Origin: Clostridiaceae bacterium
GTDB taxonomy: Bacteria; Bacillota; Clostridia; Acetivibrionales; DUMC01
Direction: 5' to 3'
NCBI GenBank assembly: GCA_012840075.1
Contig: DUMC01000133.1
Location: forward strand, 2,792-66,791
Length of the DNA: 64,000 nt
Positions 50,630 to 61,113 of this stretch are shown here, piece by piece (position 1 is the first letter of the stretch; each line of letters opens with the position of its first letter). The notes under the pieces are model-generated. The model had not been told where the DNA came from. It saw only the letters and a list, made by a program, of their open reading frames with translations, and ran no database searches. Both the position numbers and the translations under genes were made by a program.

Positions 50630-51252
50630 ATGATTGGGGTTATTGATTATAAAGCAGGTAATGCTCCAAGTGTCCTAAATGCATTGCAAAAACTTAATAT
50701 ACCATCTTCACTGGTATCCACTCCTTACGAAATTGAAAAATCAGATGGTATTATCCTTCCCGGAGTAGGTTCAGCCCAAGCTACAATGGATTCTTTGAAA
50801 GAACTGAACATTCTTGATGTGTTGGAAGACAAGATCATGAAAAGGAACACGCCTTTTCTTGGAATATGTATTGGGCTTCAGGTTCTGTTTGAATACAGTG
50901 AAGAAGGTAATGCAAAATGCCTTGGTTGGTTTTCCGGACATGTTAAAAAGTTTAATAACCAAAAAGTGCGTGTTCCTCAAATAGGCTGGAATGAAGTAAG
51001 ATTTTTCAGAGAACATCAAATATTGGCCTCAATTGATTCCAGCGAGTATTTTTATTTTGTAAATTCTTATTAGTAGTCCCGGTTGATGAAAACATAATAC
51101 TGGCAAAAACTGTATATGACGTGGATTTTTGTTCCATGATAGCATACAAGAATATATTTGCTACTCAGTTTCATGTTGAAAAGAGCGGTGAAGCAGGTTT
51201 AACATTGCTTAGGAACTTTTCAAACTTAGCTTTGTATAGTTTTGGTTTTTGA
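50630..51252 (+). pseudogene. hisH: imidazole glycerol phosphate synthase glutaminase subunit-like, frameshifted
   Basis: Frame 0 (50630-51070) ends ...YFYFVNSY, then TAG TAG. The -1 frame from 51070 continues LVVPVDENIILAKTVYDVDFCSMIAYKNIFATQFHVEKSGEAGLTLLRNF to TGA 51250-51252. That segment is the missing HisH C-terminus, including the catalytic His-Glu (FHVEKS). Confidence 0.8.
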
Positions 51253-51269
51253 CCAAAAAGGAGGTTAAT

Positions 51270-52079
51270 ATGCTCACAAAAAGGCTTATAGCTTGTTTTG
51301 ATGTTATAAACGGAATGGTAACAAAAGCACACAAATTTCAAAACAACGTAGACATCGCTCCTGCTGAAGAAATAGCAAGCAGGATTTACGAAGACCAAAT
51401 TGATGAAATAATATTTTATGATATTACTGCTAGTTTTGAAAAAAGAAAAATAGATATTGAAACTATAAAAAAAGTGGCAAAGCATGTATTTGTGCCTTTT
51501 ACCGTCGGCGGAGGGATCAGGAATCTTACTGACATGTATGAAGTCCTTAAAGCAGGTGCCGAGAAAATAAGCATAGACTCCATGGCTGTAAGAAATCCTG
51601 ATATTATACGTCAAGGTGCCTTAGCTTTCGGAAGGCAGTGTATTGTTTTAAGCATGCAGGTAAAGAAAGTAGAGAAAACTCCCAGCATACCAAGCGGGTA
51701 TGAAATTGCGATTGACGGTGCCAGGATTTTCATGGGCATGGATGCTGTTGAATGGGCAAAAAAAGGTGAAATGCTGGGTGCCGGTGAAATATGTGTTAAC
51801 AGCATTGACAGGGACGGTACCCACAGCGGCTATGATCTCGAAATTATATCTCTTATTTCCAAAGCAGTAAATATTCCTGTGATAGCTTCAGGAGGAGCGG
51901 GAAAACCGGAACATTTGATTGACGTATTTACTAAAACAGGTACTTCCGCTGCCATTATCAGTTCAATGCTGTATTCTCCTAGAATGGAGTGGAATTATAA
52001 AGTAAAAGAATTAAAAGATATACTTGCAAGTCACGGAATTCCGGTTCGCCCTTACAAAGAACCCCATGAAGGAATGTAA
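51270..52079 (+). CDS. hisF: imidazole glycerol phosphate synthase cyclase subunit-like protein
   Basis: ORF 51249-52079 (TTG); ATG 51270 is preferred (AAGGAGG SD 5 nt upstream). RLIACFDV...FTVGGGIR...NSIDRDGTHSGYD...IASGGAG. Confidence 0.85.
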   Translation: MLTKRLIACFDVINGMVTKAHKFQNNVDIAPAEEIASRIYEDQIDEIIFYDITASFEKRKIDIETIKKVAKHVFVPFTVGGGIRNLTDMYEVLKAGAEKISIDSMAVRNPDIIRQGALAFGRQCIVLSMQVKKVEKTPSIPSGYEIAIDGARIFMGMDAVEWAKKGEMLGAGEICVNSIDRDGTHSGYDLEIISLISKAVNIPVIASGGAGKPEHLIDVFTKTGTSAAIISSMLYSPRMEWNYKVKELKDILASHGIPVRPYKEPHEGM

Positions 52080-52123
52080 AGTTTTAGCACATTCTTTCAA
52101 AATTTTGGCATATTCTTTTTTGT

Positions 52124-54118
52124 TCAATCCTCAGTCATGAGGTCAATATCCATGTCATCAAAATTGATGTCGCTTGGCATTACCCAACCGCCTCTCGGAG
52201 ACAAGCTTATTGTTCCTACCTTAGGCCCGTCCGGCAAACAGGAGCGTTTGAACTGCTGGGTGTAAAACCTTTTGTAAAAGATTTTTAGCCACTTTTTTAT
52301 TTCATCAGTCGTATATTTATCTTTAAAAGCTTGTTTAGCCAAAAATACCGTTTTCTTCGGTGTAACACCATATCTGACTATATGGTATAAAAAGAAATCA
52401 TGTAACTCATATGGCCCAACTATATCTTCAGTCTTCTGCTTGATTTTTCCTTTTTCATCAGGTGGTAGAAGTTCAGGAGTTATTGGGGTTTCAACTATTT
52501 TATAAAGTATTTCTCTTATACTTTTATCTACAATATTATCCGCAGCCCATAACAACAATGATCTTATAAGCGTTTTGGGAAGCCCTGCATTAACAGCATA
52601 CATTGACATGTGATCTCCGTTATAAGTACACCAACCAAGTGCCAGCTCTGATAGATCTCCTGTGCCTATTACCAATCCTCCTTCTTTATTTGCAATATCC
52701 ATCAGAATTTGAGTGCGCTCTCTTGCTTGCACGTTTTCATAAGTTTTGTCAAGAATTGACGCATCATGGCCTATATCTTTAAAATGTTGCAAACATGCTT
52801 GCTTAATATCTATCTTCCTTAAACTTGCACCAAAGGCTTCTATTAACTGTAATGCACTGTTGAGAGTAATATCCGTTGTGCCGAAACCCGGCATAGTTAC
52901 GGCTATAATATCTTTTTTTGGCAACTCCAATTTTTCAAAAGCTCTTACTGTAACCAAAAATGCAAGGGTTGAATCCAAACCGCCTGAAATTCCTATTACG
53001 GCTCGTTTTGAACCTGTACGCATCATCCTTATGGCAAGTCCCAATGCTTGAATATCAAGTATTTCTGAATATCTTTCATCCTTTACTTCTTTATCTGCAG
53101 GTATAAACGGATAAGGATCTATGTGCCTTTCTAAAACTATTTTTTCAGGTCTTTTAGGTTTAGGTAAGTCATAAATATTTTTCGGTAAGTTTGTATTACA
53201 GACTTGTACCGGGAAATCAATATACTTATATGAGCTTTCCTGATTAAAACCTTGATAAAGAAAGCAAACATTCCTGTTTTTTTCAGATTTTATTTTATCA
53301 ATGTCCACATCAGCATATATTATTTGACTTTCCAATTCAAATCTTTTATTTTCCCGAAGAATTGTTCCATTCTCCGCTATTACCGCATATCCACCGAACA
53401 CTCCGTCAGTTGTAGTCTCATAAACCCCACAAGATGTATATGCATATATTGCATTGCATTTATTTGACTGAAGTCTCACTAATTCTTTCCTATATTCATG
53501 GAAACCTGTTTCCTCCATAACTGCTGACAGATTAAATATTACATGAGCTCCTGCTATTGAATGATATGCACTGGGTGGTATTACCATTTGAAGATCACTA
53601 CCTACTTCAATAGAAAAAGATATTACATTATCGTTCATTTGAGCGTTAAAAACCAAATTTTTCCCAAAGGGAAACTCATAACCTAAAAGATTCATATCCG
53701 TATGGCCGGCTATTGAATTACCCGAAGAAAACCATCTGCCTTCGTTATATCCTTTATTGTTAACAATACAACTTTTAGGGACGATACCGATTATTTTCCC
53801 GTTGTGTATTACAGCCCCGCAGTTGAACAGTTTATTTCTAAAACGAAGTGGTAACCCGACAATAACGATTATTTCAAGTCCTGATGTAAATCTCACAATT
53901 CTTTCCAAATTCTTATATGCTTCCAGGATTAATAAGTCCTGAAAAAAAAGATCACCACAGGAATAGGATGTTAATGAAAGCTCAGGAAATACAATGAATT
54001 CCGCCCCTCTTTCTACTGCCCTATATATAGATTCAATTATTTTATCAGCATTATACCTGCAATCTGAGATTTTTATTTCGGGAATTGCACATGCAATTCT
54101 TGCGAATCCGTAATACAT
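52124..54118 (-). CDS. nadE: glutamine-dependent NAD+ synthetase (CN-hydrolase + NAD synthetase domains)
   Basis: 664 aa after a GGAAGGAGA SD. N-terminal nitrilase-like domain (FIVFPELSLTSYSCGDLF) and C-terminal PP-loop domain (IGISGGLDSTLAFLV). Confidence 0.88.
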   Translation of the reverse strand: MYYGFARIACAIPEIKISDCRYNADKIIESIYRAVERGAEFIVFPELSLTSYSCGDLFFQDLLILEAYKNLERIVRFTSGLEIIVIVGLPLRFRNKLFNCGAVIHNGKIIGIVPKSCIVNNKGYNEGRWFSSGNSIAGHTDMNLLGYEFPFGKNLVFNAQMNDNVISFSIEVGSDLQMVIPPSAYHSIAGAHVIFNLSAVMEETGFHEYRKELVRLQSNKCNAIYAYTSCGVYETTTDGVFGGYAVIAENGTILRENKRFELESQIIYADVDIDKIKSEKNRNVCFLYQGFNQESSYKYIDFPVQVCNTNLPKNIYDLPKPKRPEKIVLERHIDPYPFIPADKEVKDERYSEILDIQALGLAIRMMRTGSKRAVIGISGGLDSTLAFLVTVRAFEKLELPKKDIIAVTMPGFGTTDITLNSALQLIEAFGASLRKIDIKQACLQHFKDIGHDASILDKTYENVQARERTQILMDIANKEGGLVIGTGDLSELALGWCTYNGDHMSMYAVNAGLPKTLIRSLLLWAADNIVDKSIREILYKIVETPITPELLPPDEKGKIKQKTEDIVGPYELHDFFLYHIVRYGVTPKKTVFLAKQAFKDKYTTDEIKKWLKIFYKRFYTQQFKRSCLPDGPKVGTISLSPRGGWVMPSDINFDDMDIDLMTED

Positions 54119-54331
54119 ATGATTCTCCTTCCTTTTCTAATCATGTTCCAATTATGCTTCATCTATACAAATTTCGGGCAATTCAATTTCGTAGTATACG
54201 TATTAATGCATGTATTTATGCAGTTATGATTTTTTAATTCTTCAGTTATTAACAAACCTATATCTTAGTAACATTTCTCGGTCAATAAATGAATTATACA
54301 AATAAACAAACCTTACCTCGTTTTATCCGAT

Positions 54332-55327
54332 TTATCGTTTTATTCCCAGGTGTTCGTAGGCGCGCTGTGTTGCAACCCTACCCCTTGGTGTTTTATTTAA
54401 AAAACCCAATTGAAGTAGGTATGGTTCGTATACATCCTCTATCGTGCCTGCATCTTCATTTATTGATGATGCAATTGTTTCAAGACCCACCGGTCCTCCG
54501 TCAAATTTTTCAATGATACACAGGAGTATTTCCCTATCTATTGCATCAAGACCAAGGTTGTCTATTTCCATTGCGTCCAATGCTGTCTTTGCTATTTGTT
54601 TATCTATATAACCGTTGCCTTTTACCTGGGCAAAATCTCTTACCCTTTTTAGTAAACGATTTGTTATTCTAGGAGTCCCTCTTGACCGCAGTGCAATTTC
54701 AAAGGCTGCTTCATCATCAATTCCGATTTTAAGTATGGAAGCGGATCTTTTTACTATTAGCATTAATTCATCAGGAGTATACATATCTAACCTGTTAATC
54801 ACACCGAACCTATCCCTTAAAGGAGAAGTCAAAAGTCCTATACGGGTGGTCGCTCCAATGAGGGTAAATTTCGGTAATTCAAGCCTTATTGAACGTGCAC
54901 TTGGTCCTTTTCCTATGATAATATCCAAAGCGTAATCTTCCATGGCAGGATATAATATTTCTTCAACACTTCTGCTCAACCTATGTATTTCATCAATAAA
55001 AAGCACATCGTAATTTCCAAGATTTGTAAGTATAGCTGCTAAATCCCCTGGCCTTTCTATTGCAGGTCCGGACGTAATTCTTATGTTTACACCCAACTCT
55101 GAAGCAATTATACTTGCTAAAGTAGTTTTTCCCACACCGGGAGGGCCATATAGCAACACATGGTCAAGTGCTTCTTTTCTCTGTTTTGATGCTTCTATAA
55201 AAACAGCCAAATTTTCCTTTACTTTTGTTTGACCAATATATTCCTTCAGCGTCCTCGGCCTGAGACTTACTTCATCGATGTCACAACTAAGAACTTCAGC
55301 AGCCACAAGCCTTTCTTCTTTACTCAT
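54332..55327 (-). CDS. ruvB: Holliday junction branch migration helicase RuvB
   Basis: [12 protein letters not shown]...[14 protein letters not shown]...DEIHRL. Confidence 0.95.
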   Translation of the reverse strand: MSKEERLVAAEVLSCDIDEVSLRPRTLKEYIGQTKVKENLAVFIEASKQRKEALDHVLLYGPPGVGKTTLASIIASELGVNIRITSGPAIERPGDLAAILTNLGNYDVLFIDEIHRLSRSVEEILYPAMEDYALDIIIGKGPSARSIRLELPKFTLIGATTRIGLLTSPLRDRFGVINRLDMYTPDELMLIVKRSASILKIGIDDEAAFEIALRSRGTPRITNRLLKRVRDFAQVKGNGYIDKQIAKTALDAMEIDNLGLDAIDREILLCIIEKFDGGPVGLETIASSINEDAGTIEDVYEPYLLQLGFLNKTPRGRVATQRAYEHLGIKR

Positions 55328-55373
55328 AAAAAAACCTTCCCTTCCCCATAACTTCTTTTAGTTTTGCATTTCA

Positions 55374-55979
55374 TCAAATAAGTTTCTTCAGCGAATTCTT
55401 TATAATATCTTCAAGATCCAGTTCCTCCGAATAAACGGCAGATACAGCTCTGCTTGCTTCTAAAGCAGTGTATCCTAAAACCATTAAAGCTGCAATAGCT
55501 TCCGAAGCTTTTGTATCTTTTTTATCCATATCAATGGTTTCACTAGCCTCCGAATACGAGATTACATCTTTTTGCTCCTTCTTAATCTTATCTTTTAACT
55601 CCAAGATTATCCTTTGTGCCGTTTTCTTTCCTACTCCGGGCACTTTGGATAACGTTTTTACATCATCAGTTATAATAGCAAGGCTGAATTTTGACGGACT
55701 TAGATTTGATATTATGGAAAGTGCAACTTTTGGTCCTATTCCCGACACTTTTAGTAAAAGCTCGAGCATTTTTAATTCCTCAACGGTTGCAAAACCGAAT
55801 AGACTTAAGTTATCTTCCCTAACTTGTAAATATGTATAAATTTTAACTTCGCTTCCTATTTCTTTTAATGATTGAATTGTAGACAAAGAGGTAAGAATTT
55901 TGAATCCTATTCCGTTAACATCAACTATAACATGATCAATATCTTTGTGCTCTAATTTACCTTTTATATAGCTTAACAT
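55374..55979 (-). CDS. ruvA: Holliday junction DNA-binding protein RuvA
   Basis: MLSYIKGKLEHKDIDHVIVDVNGIGFKI...VSGIGPKVALSI...VPGVGKKTAQRIILELKDK. Confidence 0.93.
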   Translation of the reverse strand: MLSYIKGKLEHKDIDHVIVDVNGIGFKILTSLSTIQSLKEIGSEVKIYTYLQVREDNLSLFGFATVEELKMLELLLKVSGIGPKVALSIISNLSPSKFSLAIITDDVKTLSKVPGVGKKTAQRIILELKDKIKKEQKDVISYSEASETIDMDKKDTKASEAIAALMVLGYTALEASRAVSAVYSEELDLEDIIKNSLKKLI

Positions 55980-56013
55980 CTTTATCTCCTGTTTATTTAA
56001 AATTTTATTTTAG

Positions 56014-56517
56014 TTATTTATTCAGAATACCATTTAATCTGTATGAATGAGCATGGCATATGGCAACAGCTAATGCATCCGCTACGTCATCAGGTTTGGG
56101 AATTTCATCCAAATTTAATATTATCTTTACCATCTGCTGTACTTGGCTTTTTTCTGCTCTTCCGTAACCTACGATAGCTTGTTTTACTTGCAAAGGCGTA
56201 TATTCATAAATATCAACTCTGCAATCTGCTGCTGCAACTATGGCAGCTCCTCTTCCCTGAGCCGCATTTATAGCGGTCTTAATATTCTTGTTGAAAAAAA
56301 GCTCTTCTATTGCAAAAGCATCCGGTTTGTAAATTTTAATTAATTCCTTTATTTTGTTATTCAAAGCACGCAATCTTTCAGGAAATGAATCATTAGCTTC
56401 CGTTAATATAGCTCCATATTCTTCAACAGTAAACCGGTTACCTTCATATCTAATTATACCATACCCGGTAATTGCAAATCCCGGGTCTATACCCATTATA
56501 ATCAAAAATATATTCAC
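56014..56517 (-). CDS. ruvC: crossover junction endodeoxyribonuclease RuvC
   Basis: [13 protein letters not shown]...AIEELFF...[13 protein letters not shown]. The start codon is uncertain: GTG 56517 overlaps the SD, so TTG 56505 or ATG 56496 are alternatives. Confidence 0.88.
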   Translation of the reverse strand: MNIFLIIMGIDPGFAITGYGIIRYEGNRFTVEEYGAILTEANDSFPERLRALNNKIKELIKIYKPDAFAIEELFFNKNIKTAINAAQGRGAAIVAAADCRVDIYEYTPLQVKQAIVGYGRAEKSQVQQMVKIILNLDEIPKPDDVADALAVAICHAHSYRLNGILNK

Positions 56518-56523
56518 TCCTTA

Positions 56524-56552
56524 TTGCATATTTATACATTTTGATGTATAAT
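56524..56552 (+). promoter_or_regulatory. predicted sigma-A promoter of argGH
   Basis: TTGCAT (56524-56529), 17-nt spacer, TATAAT (56547-56552). Confidence 0.45.
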
Positions 56553-56572
56553 CATAAATATTCTAATTAAAT

Positions 56573-56618
56573 AAAGCTTTGGCCTTAAAAATCCAGCGGC
56601 CAAGTTTAATTTTTTTTT
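56573..56618 (+). terminator. terminator-like hairpin plus T9 run inside the argG leader
   Basis: The imperfect stem aaagctttggcc...ggccaagttt is followed by aaTTTTTTTTT (T run 56610-56618). Confidence 0.4.
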
Positions 56619-56706
56619 GTAAAGATAATAATGCTTGGTGTAATATATGCTAGAATAATTGTAACATAAAAAATTAAATTGTAAATAACATAGGAGGTCC
56701 TGATAT

Positions 56707-57930
56707 ATGAGTCAGAAAGAAAAAGTTGTTTTAGCCTATTCGGGAGGTTTGGATACTTCAATAATCATACCATGGCTAAAGGAAAATTTTAATTACGAAG
56801 TTATTGCAATGGTTGCAGATGTAGGACAGGGAGAAGAATTAAAGCCTCTCAAGGAAAAAGCACTTAAAACAGGTGCCAGCAAAGTATATATTGAGGATGT
56901 CAGGGAAGAGTTTATAACGGAGTATATTTATCCTACTTTAAAAGCAGGAGCAATCTATGAAGGCAAATACCTGTTAGGTACGTCTTTTGCAAGACCTATT
57001 ATCGCAAAAAGACTTGTTGAAGTAGCAAAAAAAGAAGGTGCTACTGCTGTTGCCCACGGTGCAACAGGAAAAGGAAATGATCAGGTAAGGTTTGAACTCA
57101 CGGTTAAAGCTTTGGCTCCTCATTTAAAAATTATAGCCCCGTGGAGGATATGGAATATAAGGTCAAGAGAAGATGCGATTGATTATGCTCAAGCAAGAGG
57201 TATTCCCATTCCTGTAACAAAAGAGAATAATTACAGCATGGACAGAAATTTGTGGCATTTAAGCCATGAGGGATCTGACCTTGAAGACCCGTGGAACGAA
57301 CCACAATATGATAAAATACTACAATTGATTGTACCGCCGGAAAAAGCTCCTGACGAGCCAACGTATGTTGAGATAGATTTCGAAAAAGGTATTCCGGTTA
57401 GAGTCAATGGTGTTGAATACTCACCAATTGAATTGATTGAAGTTTTGAATAAAATTGGCGGAGAAAACGGTATAGGCATTATTGATATGGTAGAAAACAG
57501 GTTGGTTGGCATGAAATCAAGAGGTGTATATGAAACACCTGGTGGAACTATATTGTACGCAGCTCACAGGGAACTTGAACTTTTATGCCTTGACAGAGAT
57601 ACACTTCATTTCAAGGATATCGTTGCTCAAAGATTTGCCGAACTTGTATATTACGGACAGTGGTTCTCTCCTCTAAGAGAAGCTCTATCAGCATTTGTTG
57701 ACAAAACCCAGGAAACGGTAACGGGAACTGTAAGGATGAAACTATATAAAGGTAACTTAATGCCTGCAGGAGCTAAATCTCCGTACTCATTATACAGTAC
57801 AGAATTGTCTACTTTTGGAAGGGATGAAGTCTATAACCAGAAAGATGCAGAAGGATTTATTAACTTGTTCGGATTGCCTATAAAAGTAAATGCATTGATG
57901 AAGCAAAGAACCGGCAAAATCGATTCTTAA
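56707..57930 (+). CDS. argG: argininosuccinate synthase
   Basis: 407 aa after a [20 protein letters not shown]...[15 protein letters not shown]. Confidence 0.95.
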   Translation: MSQKEKVVLAYSGGLDTSIIIPWLKENFNYEVIAMVADVGQGEELKPLKEKALKTGASKVYIEDVREEFITEYIYPTLKAGAIYEGKYLLGTSFARPIIAKRLVEVAKKEGATAVAHGATGKGNDQVRFELTVKALAPHLKIIAPWRIWNIRSREDAIDYAQARGIPIPVTKENNYSMDRNLWHLSHEGSDLEDPWNEPQYDKILQLIVPPEKAPDEPTYVEIDFEKGIPVRVNGVEYSPIELIEVLNKIGGENGIGIIDMVENRLVGMKSRGVYETPGGTILYAAHRELELLCLDRDTLHFKDIVAQRFAELVYYGQWFSPLREALSAFVDKTQETVTGTVRMKLYKGNLMPAGAKSPYSLYSTELSTFGRDEVYNQKDAEGFINLFGLPIKVNALMKQRTGKIDS

Positions 57931-58057
57931 GTAAAAAGTTGGCAAACTTATATTAAATAATAACATTAAAGCTTGGCTTGGTTTAAATAAAAATCGGATT
58001 TTATCGGAGGCTATTAAAAGAGGTTAATAAAATAAAAAAATAACGGATGTGACTTAA

Positions 58058-59455
58058 ATGAAATTATGGGGCGGAAGATTCACAAAAGAAACTGATAAGG
58101 CAGTAAATGATTTTAATTCTTCTATAAGATTTGACAGCAGGATGTACAAACAAGATATTTTGGGAAGTATTGCGCATGTTAATATGCTGGGAAAATGCAA
58201 TATTATCCCCCTTGATGAAGCTATGCTCATTAAGAAAACTTTATATGAGATACTCAATGACATTGAAAGCGGCGTAGTATCATTAAACCCTGAAGCTGAA
58301 GATATCCATACAAATATAGAGCAAATTCTAATTTCAAGGATCGGAGATATAGGCAAAAAGCTTCATACGGGCAGAAGCAGGAATGATCAGGTGGCTCTTG
58401 ATATTCGCATGTATATTAAAGATGAGATTATAAATTTAAGTGAAATGCTAATAAACATGGAAAAAACCCTTATAGACTTGGCTTTAGAACATCTTGATAC
58501 TATATTGCCGGGTTATACTCATCTTCAAAGAGCTCAACCGATATCTCTTGCCCATCATTTTATGGCATATTTTCAGATGTTCAGAAGGGACATAGAAAGG
58601 CTTAAAGATTGTTATAAAAGAACCAATGTAATGCCCTTGGGCTCGGGAGCATTAGCAGGAACTACTTATCCTCTTGACAGATACATGGTTGCAAAAGAAC
58701 TGGATTTCGAGACAATATCCGAAAACAGTTTGGATGCAGTCAGTGACAGAGATTTTGCAATAGAGCTGTTAAGTTGTCTTTCTATAATAATGATGCACCT
58801 CAGCAGGTTTTCTGAAGAGTTAATATTATGGTCTTCTCATGAGTTTGGTTTTATTGAGATGGATGATGCTTACAGCACAGGCAGCAGTATAATGCCTCAG
58901 AAGAAAAACCCTGATGTTGCAGAACTGGTAAGAGGTAAGACCGGAAGAGTCTATGGTGACCTCATCACCCTTCTTACTGTTATGAAATCACTGCCGCTTG
59001 CATACAATAAGGATATGCAGGAAGACAAAGAAGCCATATTTGATGCAATTGACACTGTCAAGTTGTGCCTGCCTGTATTCACAAATATGATAAAAACAAT
59101 GAAAGTCAACAAAGAAGCTATGTATAAAGCAGCCCAAGGTGGTTTTACAAATGCAACTGACGTTGCTGATTATTTGGTAAAAAAAGGTTTACCTTTCAGG
59201 GATGCTCATGAAATAACAGGAAAGATAGTTCTGTATGCCATTGATAATAACAAACCAATAAATGAATTAACGCTTGAAGAATTGAGGAATTTTTCTCCTT
59301 TAATTGAAGAAGATATTTTCGAAGAAATCTGTTTGGAAAAATGTGTTTCCAGCAGAAATATACCTGGAGGACCTGCTAGAGAAAGTGTGTTGGAAGCTAT
59401 AAAAAGTGCAGAAAAATTTCTGGATGATATTTCGAATGATAATAGAAACCGTTAA
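58058..59455 (+). CDS. argH: argininosuccinate lyase
   Basis: 465 aa. MKLWGGRF...[10 protein letters not shown]...[12 protein letters not shown]. Confidence 0.95.
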   Translation: MKLWGGRFTKETDKAVNDFNSSIRFDSRMYKQDILGSIAHVNMLGKCNIIPLDEAMLIKKTLYEILNDIESGVVSLNPEAEDIHTNIEQILISRIGDIGKKLHTGRSRNDQVALDIRMYIKDEIINLSEMLINMEKTLIDLALEHLDTILPGYTHLQRAQPISLAHHFMAYFQMFRRDIERLKDCYKRTNVMPLGSGALAGTTYPLDRYMVAKELDFETISENSLDAVSDRDFAIELLSCLSIIMMHLSRFSEELILWSSHEFGFIEMDDAYSTGSSIMPQKKNPDVAELVRGKTGRVYGDLITLLTVMKSLPLAYNKDMQEDKEAIFDAIDTVKLCLPVFTNMIKTMKVNKEAMYKAAQGGFTNATDVADYLVKKGLPFRDAHEITGKIVLYAIDNNKPINELTLEELRNFSPLIEEDIFEEICLEKCVSSRNIPGGPARESVLEAIKSAEKFLDDISNDNRNR

Positions 59456-59496
59456 GCCGGCTGATTTTTATCTTTTCCAGCCGGCTTCTATTTTTA
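59454..59496 (+). terminator. intrinsic terminator after argH
   Basis: 10-bp stem aagccggctg / cagccggctt followed by cTATTTTT. Confidence 0.8.
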
Positions 59497-59604
59497 GATT
59501 TATTATTTTGATTTCCCATCTTACGCTGATTATTTAACCTTATGTAGCTTTCTTTTATCTATCTTTATCTTTCATAGCTCTCATTGACCTTACATAGCTT
59601 TCTT

Positions 59605-59817
59605 TCATCTCACACTACTTTCTAAATTAAACCTTATCATTATCCTTTCAGAACTTAAATTAACTTGTACAAAAGATGTTTTTATCCCTTTCTTCTCTAA
59701 ATTTCTTATTAAGTCTTCCTTAATTTTGTCCGTCTGCCTTTTATTTTTTATGGCAGCGATTAAATTACTTTTATTTTTTAGAGCATTAAAAAATTCCAAA
59801 TATGTGGGCGATAGCAT
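59605..59817 (-). CDS. hypothetical small protein (70 aa)
   Basis: A GGGAGGAG SD lies 10 nt upstream. Lys-rich; I recognise no family. Confidence 0.45.
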   Translation of the reverse strand: MLSPTYLEFFNALKNKSNLIAAIKNKRQTDKIKEDLIRNLEKKGIKTSFVQVNLSSERIMIRFNLESSVR

Positions 59818-60117
59818 AATCTATCTACTCCTCCCGTCAAACAAAAGATTATAAAGAATAAATATTGAAAAATTGAAGTTCATAAAATTAAAATGAGTGT
59901 TTCCAAAAAGAAATTTATAAAATTTGTAAGCTATGAGTAACACTTATAAAAATATTTTACATCATTTCCCATACTTATGTAAGTATTTCCTTTCCCGTCT
60001 TGTACTCTTTTTTTCCTGCCTTGTACTCTTTTTTTATAAGTGTTTTAAAACCAAAGCATTAATAATATTATTATAATAAGTGAAAATAAGCAGAATCTGT
60101 AAAAAGGGGAGTTTTTA

Positions 60118-60315
60118 GTGGAAAATATGTCCTATCAAATTTTATGCCCACACTGTCATAAATCTTTATTAATAAAAAATAAAGAAAGATACAGTTATGA
60201 TCCTATAATTTATGTTGATGAAATAACATATTATTGCCCTCAATGCAGTTATGAAAAGAAGGTTGAAGTACTAGGTGAAATTAAAACATTAAAATATAAT
60301 AAAAATTTAATATGA
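60118..60315 (+). CDS. hypothetical zinc-ribbon protein (65 aa)
   Basis: GTG start 6 nt after an AAGGGGAG SD. Two CxxC pairs (CPHC...CPQC) about 36 residues apart. Followed by a strong terminator. Confidence 0.5.
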   Translation: MENMSYQILCPHCHKSLLIKNKERYSYDPIIYVDEITYYCPQCSYEKKVEVLGEIKTLKYNKNLI

Positions 60316-60415
60316 CAATACGATATAAATAAAATATAAAATTATATTTTATTAAATAATATACAATAAGCACATCTTAATACACATCACAATAATACAA
60401 AGATAAAATAACATG

Positions 60416-60446
60416 GAAAAAACCCGGTGGTTAGCCGGGTTTTTTC
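60416..60446. terminator. bidirectional intrinsic terminator
   Basis: The hairpin acccgg-tggttag-ccgggt is flanked by AAAAAA on the left and TTTTT on the right. It lies between convergent small genes. Confidence 0.8.
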
Positions 60447-60506
60447 ATGTTATTCTATTAATTTTGCAGCAATTCTGTAAATTGCAACTCTTCCTTGGTA
60501 TATTTG

Positions 60507-60818
60507 CTAACTTTGTTTGACTCTTTTATCTAATGCTTTACCCAGGCTATACCACGAATCTCTTATTTTAAATCTCATTTCTTCGTCAAGGGTTCTCTCA
60601 ATTACATCATTAAGTTTTCTTCTCATTTCGTAATATTCAGATAAATTAAATTCCGGTTTTGCAAGTAATTCATCCATTTCTGTAATCCAATTTACAATAT
60701 GCTCTTTGCTTAAAAAATCATTTTCAACTTTCTTTTTTAAATGTGTAATGACAAGTTTAACGGCTTTTCTTTTTACATCGATATCCGTTAATGTTTTTTT
60801 CGTTTTACTCTTTGCCAT
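60507..60818 (-). CDS. hypothetical protein (103 aa, helical, Lys/Glu-rich)
   Basis: An AAGGAGTG SD lies upstream. No recognisable family. Confidence 0.5.
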   Translation of the reverse strand: MAKSKTKKTLTDIDVKRKAVKLVITHLKKKVENDFLSKEHIVNWITEMDELLAKPEFNLSEYYEMRRKLNDVIERTLDEEMRFKIRDSWYSLGKALDKRVKQS

Positions 60819-61113
60819 ATATTTTCACTCCTTAATGAATGTTATTCCATCAGCTAATAATAAAAATATTATTATACTTATTTAAATCTGATAGTTTTTC
60901 AATTTTGTTTCGTGAAATAATCAAATGCAGTATCTTAACTCGTTAATGTAATGTAATTCGGAATATTCCTAATGACTAACAATAATAATTATAAATTTCT
61001 CCAATATAATTATATACCAATATAAAAAATAATGCAAATAATTAAGCAATATTCACCAAATTTATTGATTGTTTTCAAATTTATTTATCGCTCTTAAGTT
61101 TATTAACCAGTTT

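Noticed and set aside
59536-59610. Imperfect ~24-nt direct repeats accttatgtagctttcttttatct / accttacatagctttctttcatct downstream of argH
   Set aside because: There are only two degenerate copies in pyrimidine-rich spacer DNA, overlapping the 3' end of a small ORF. No structure or partner motif is evident, so this is probably a local duplication.
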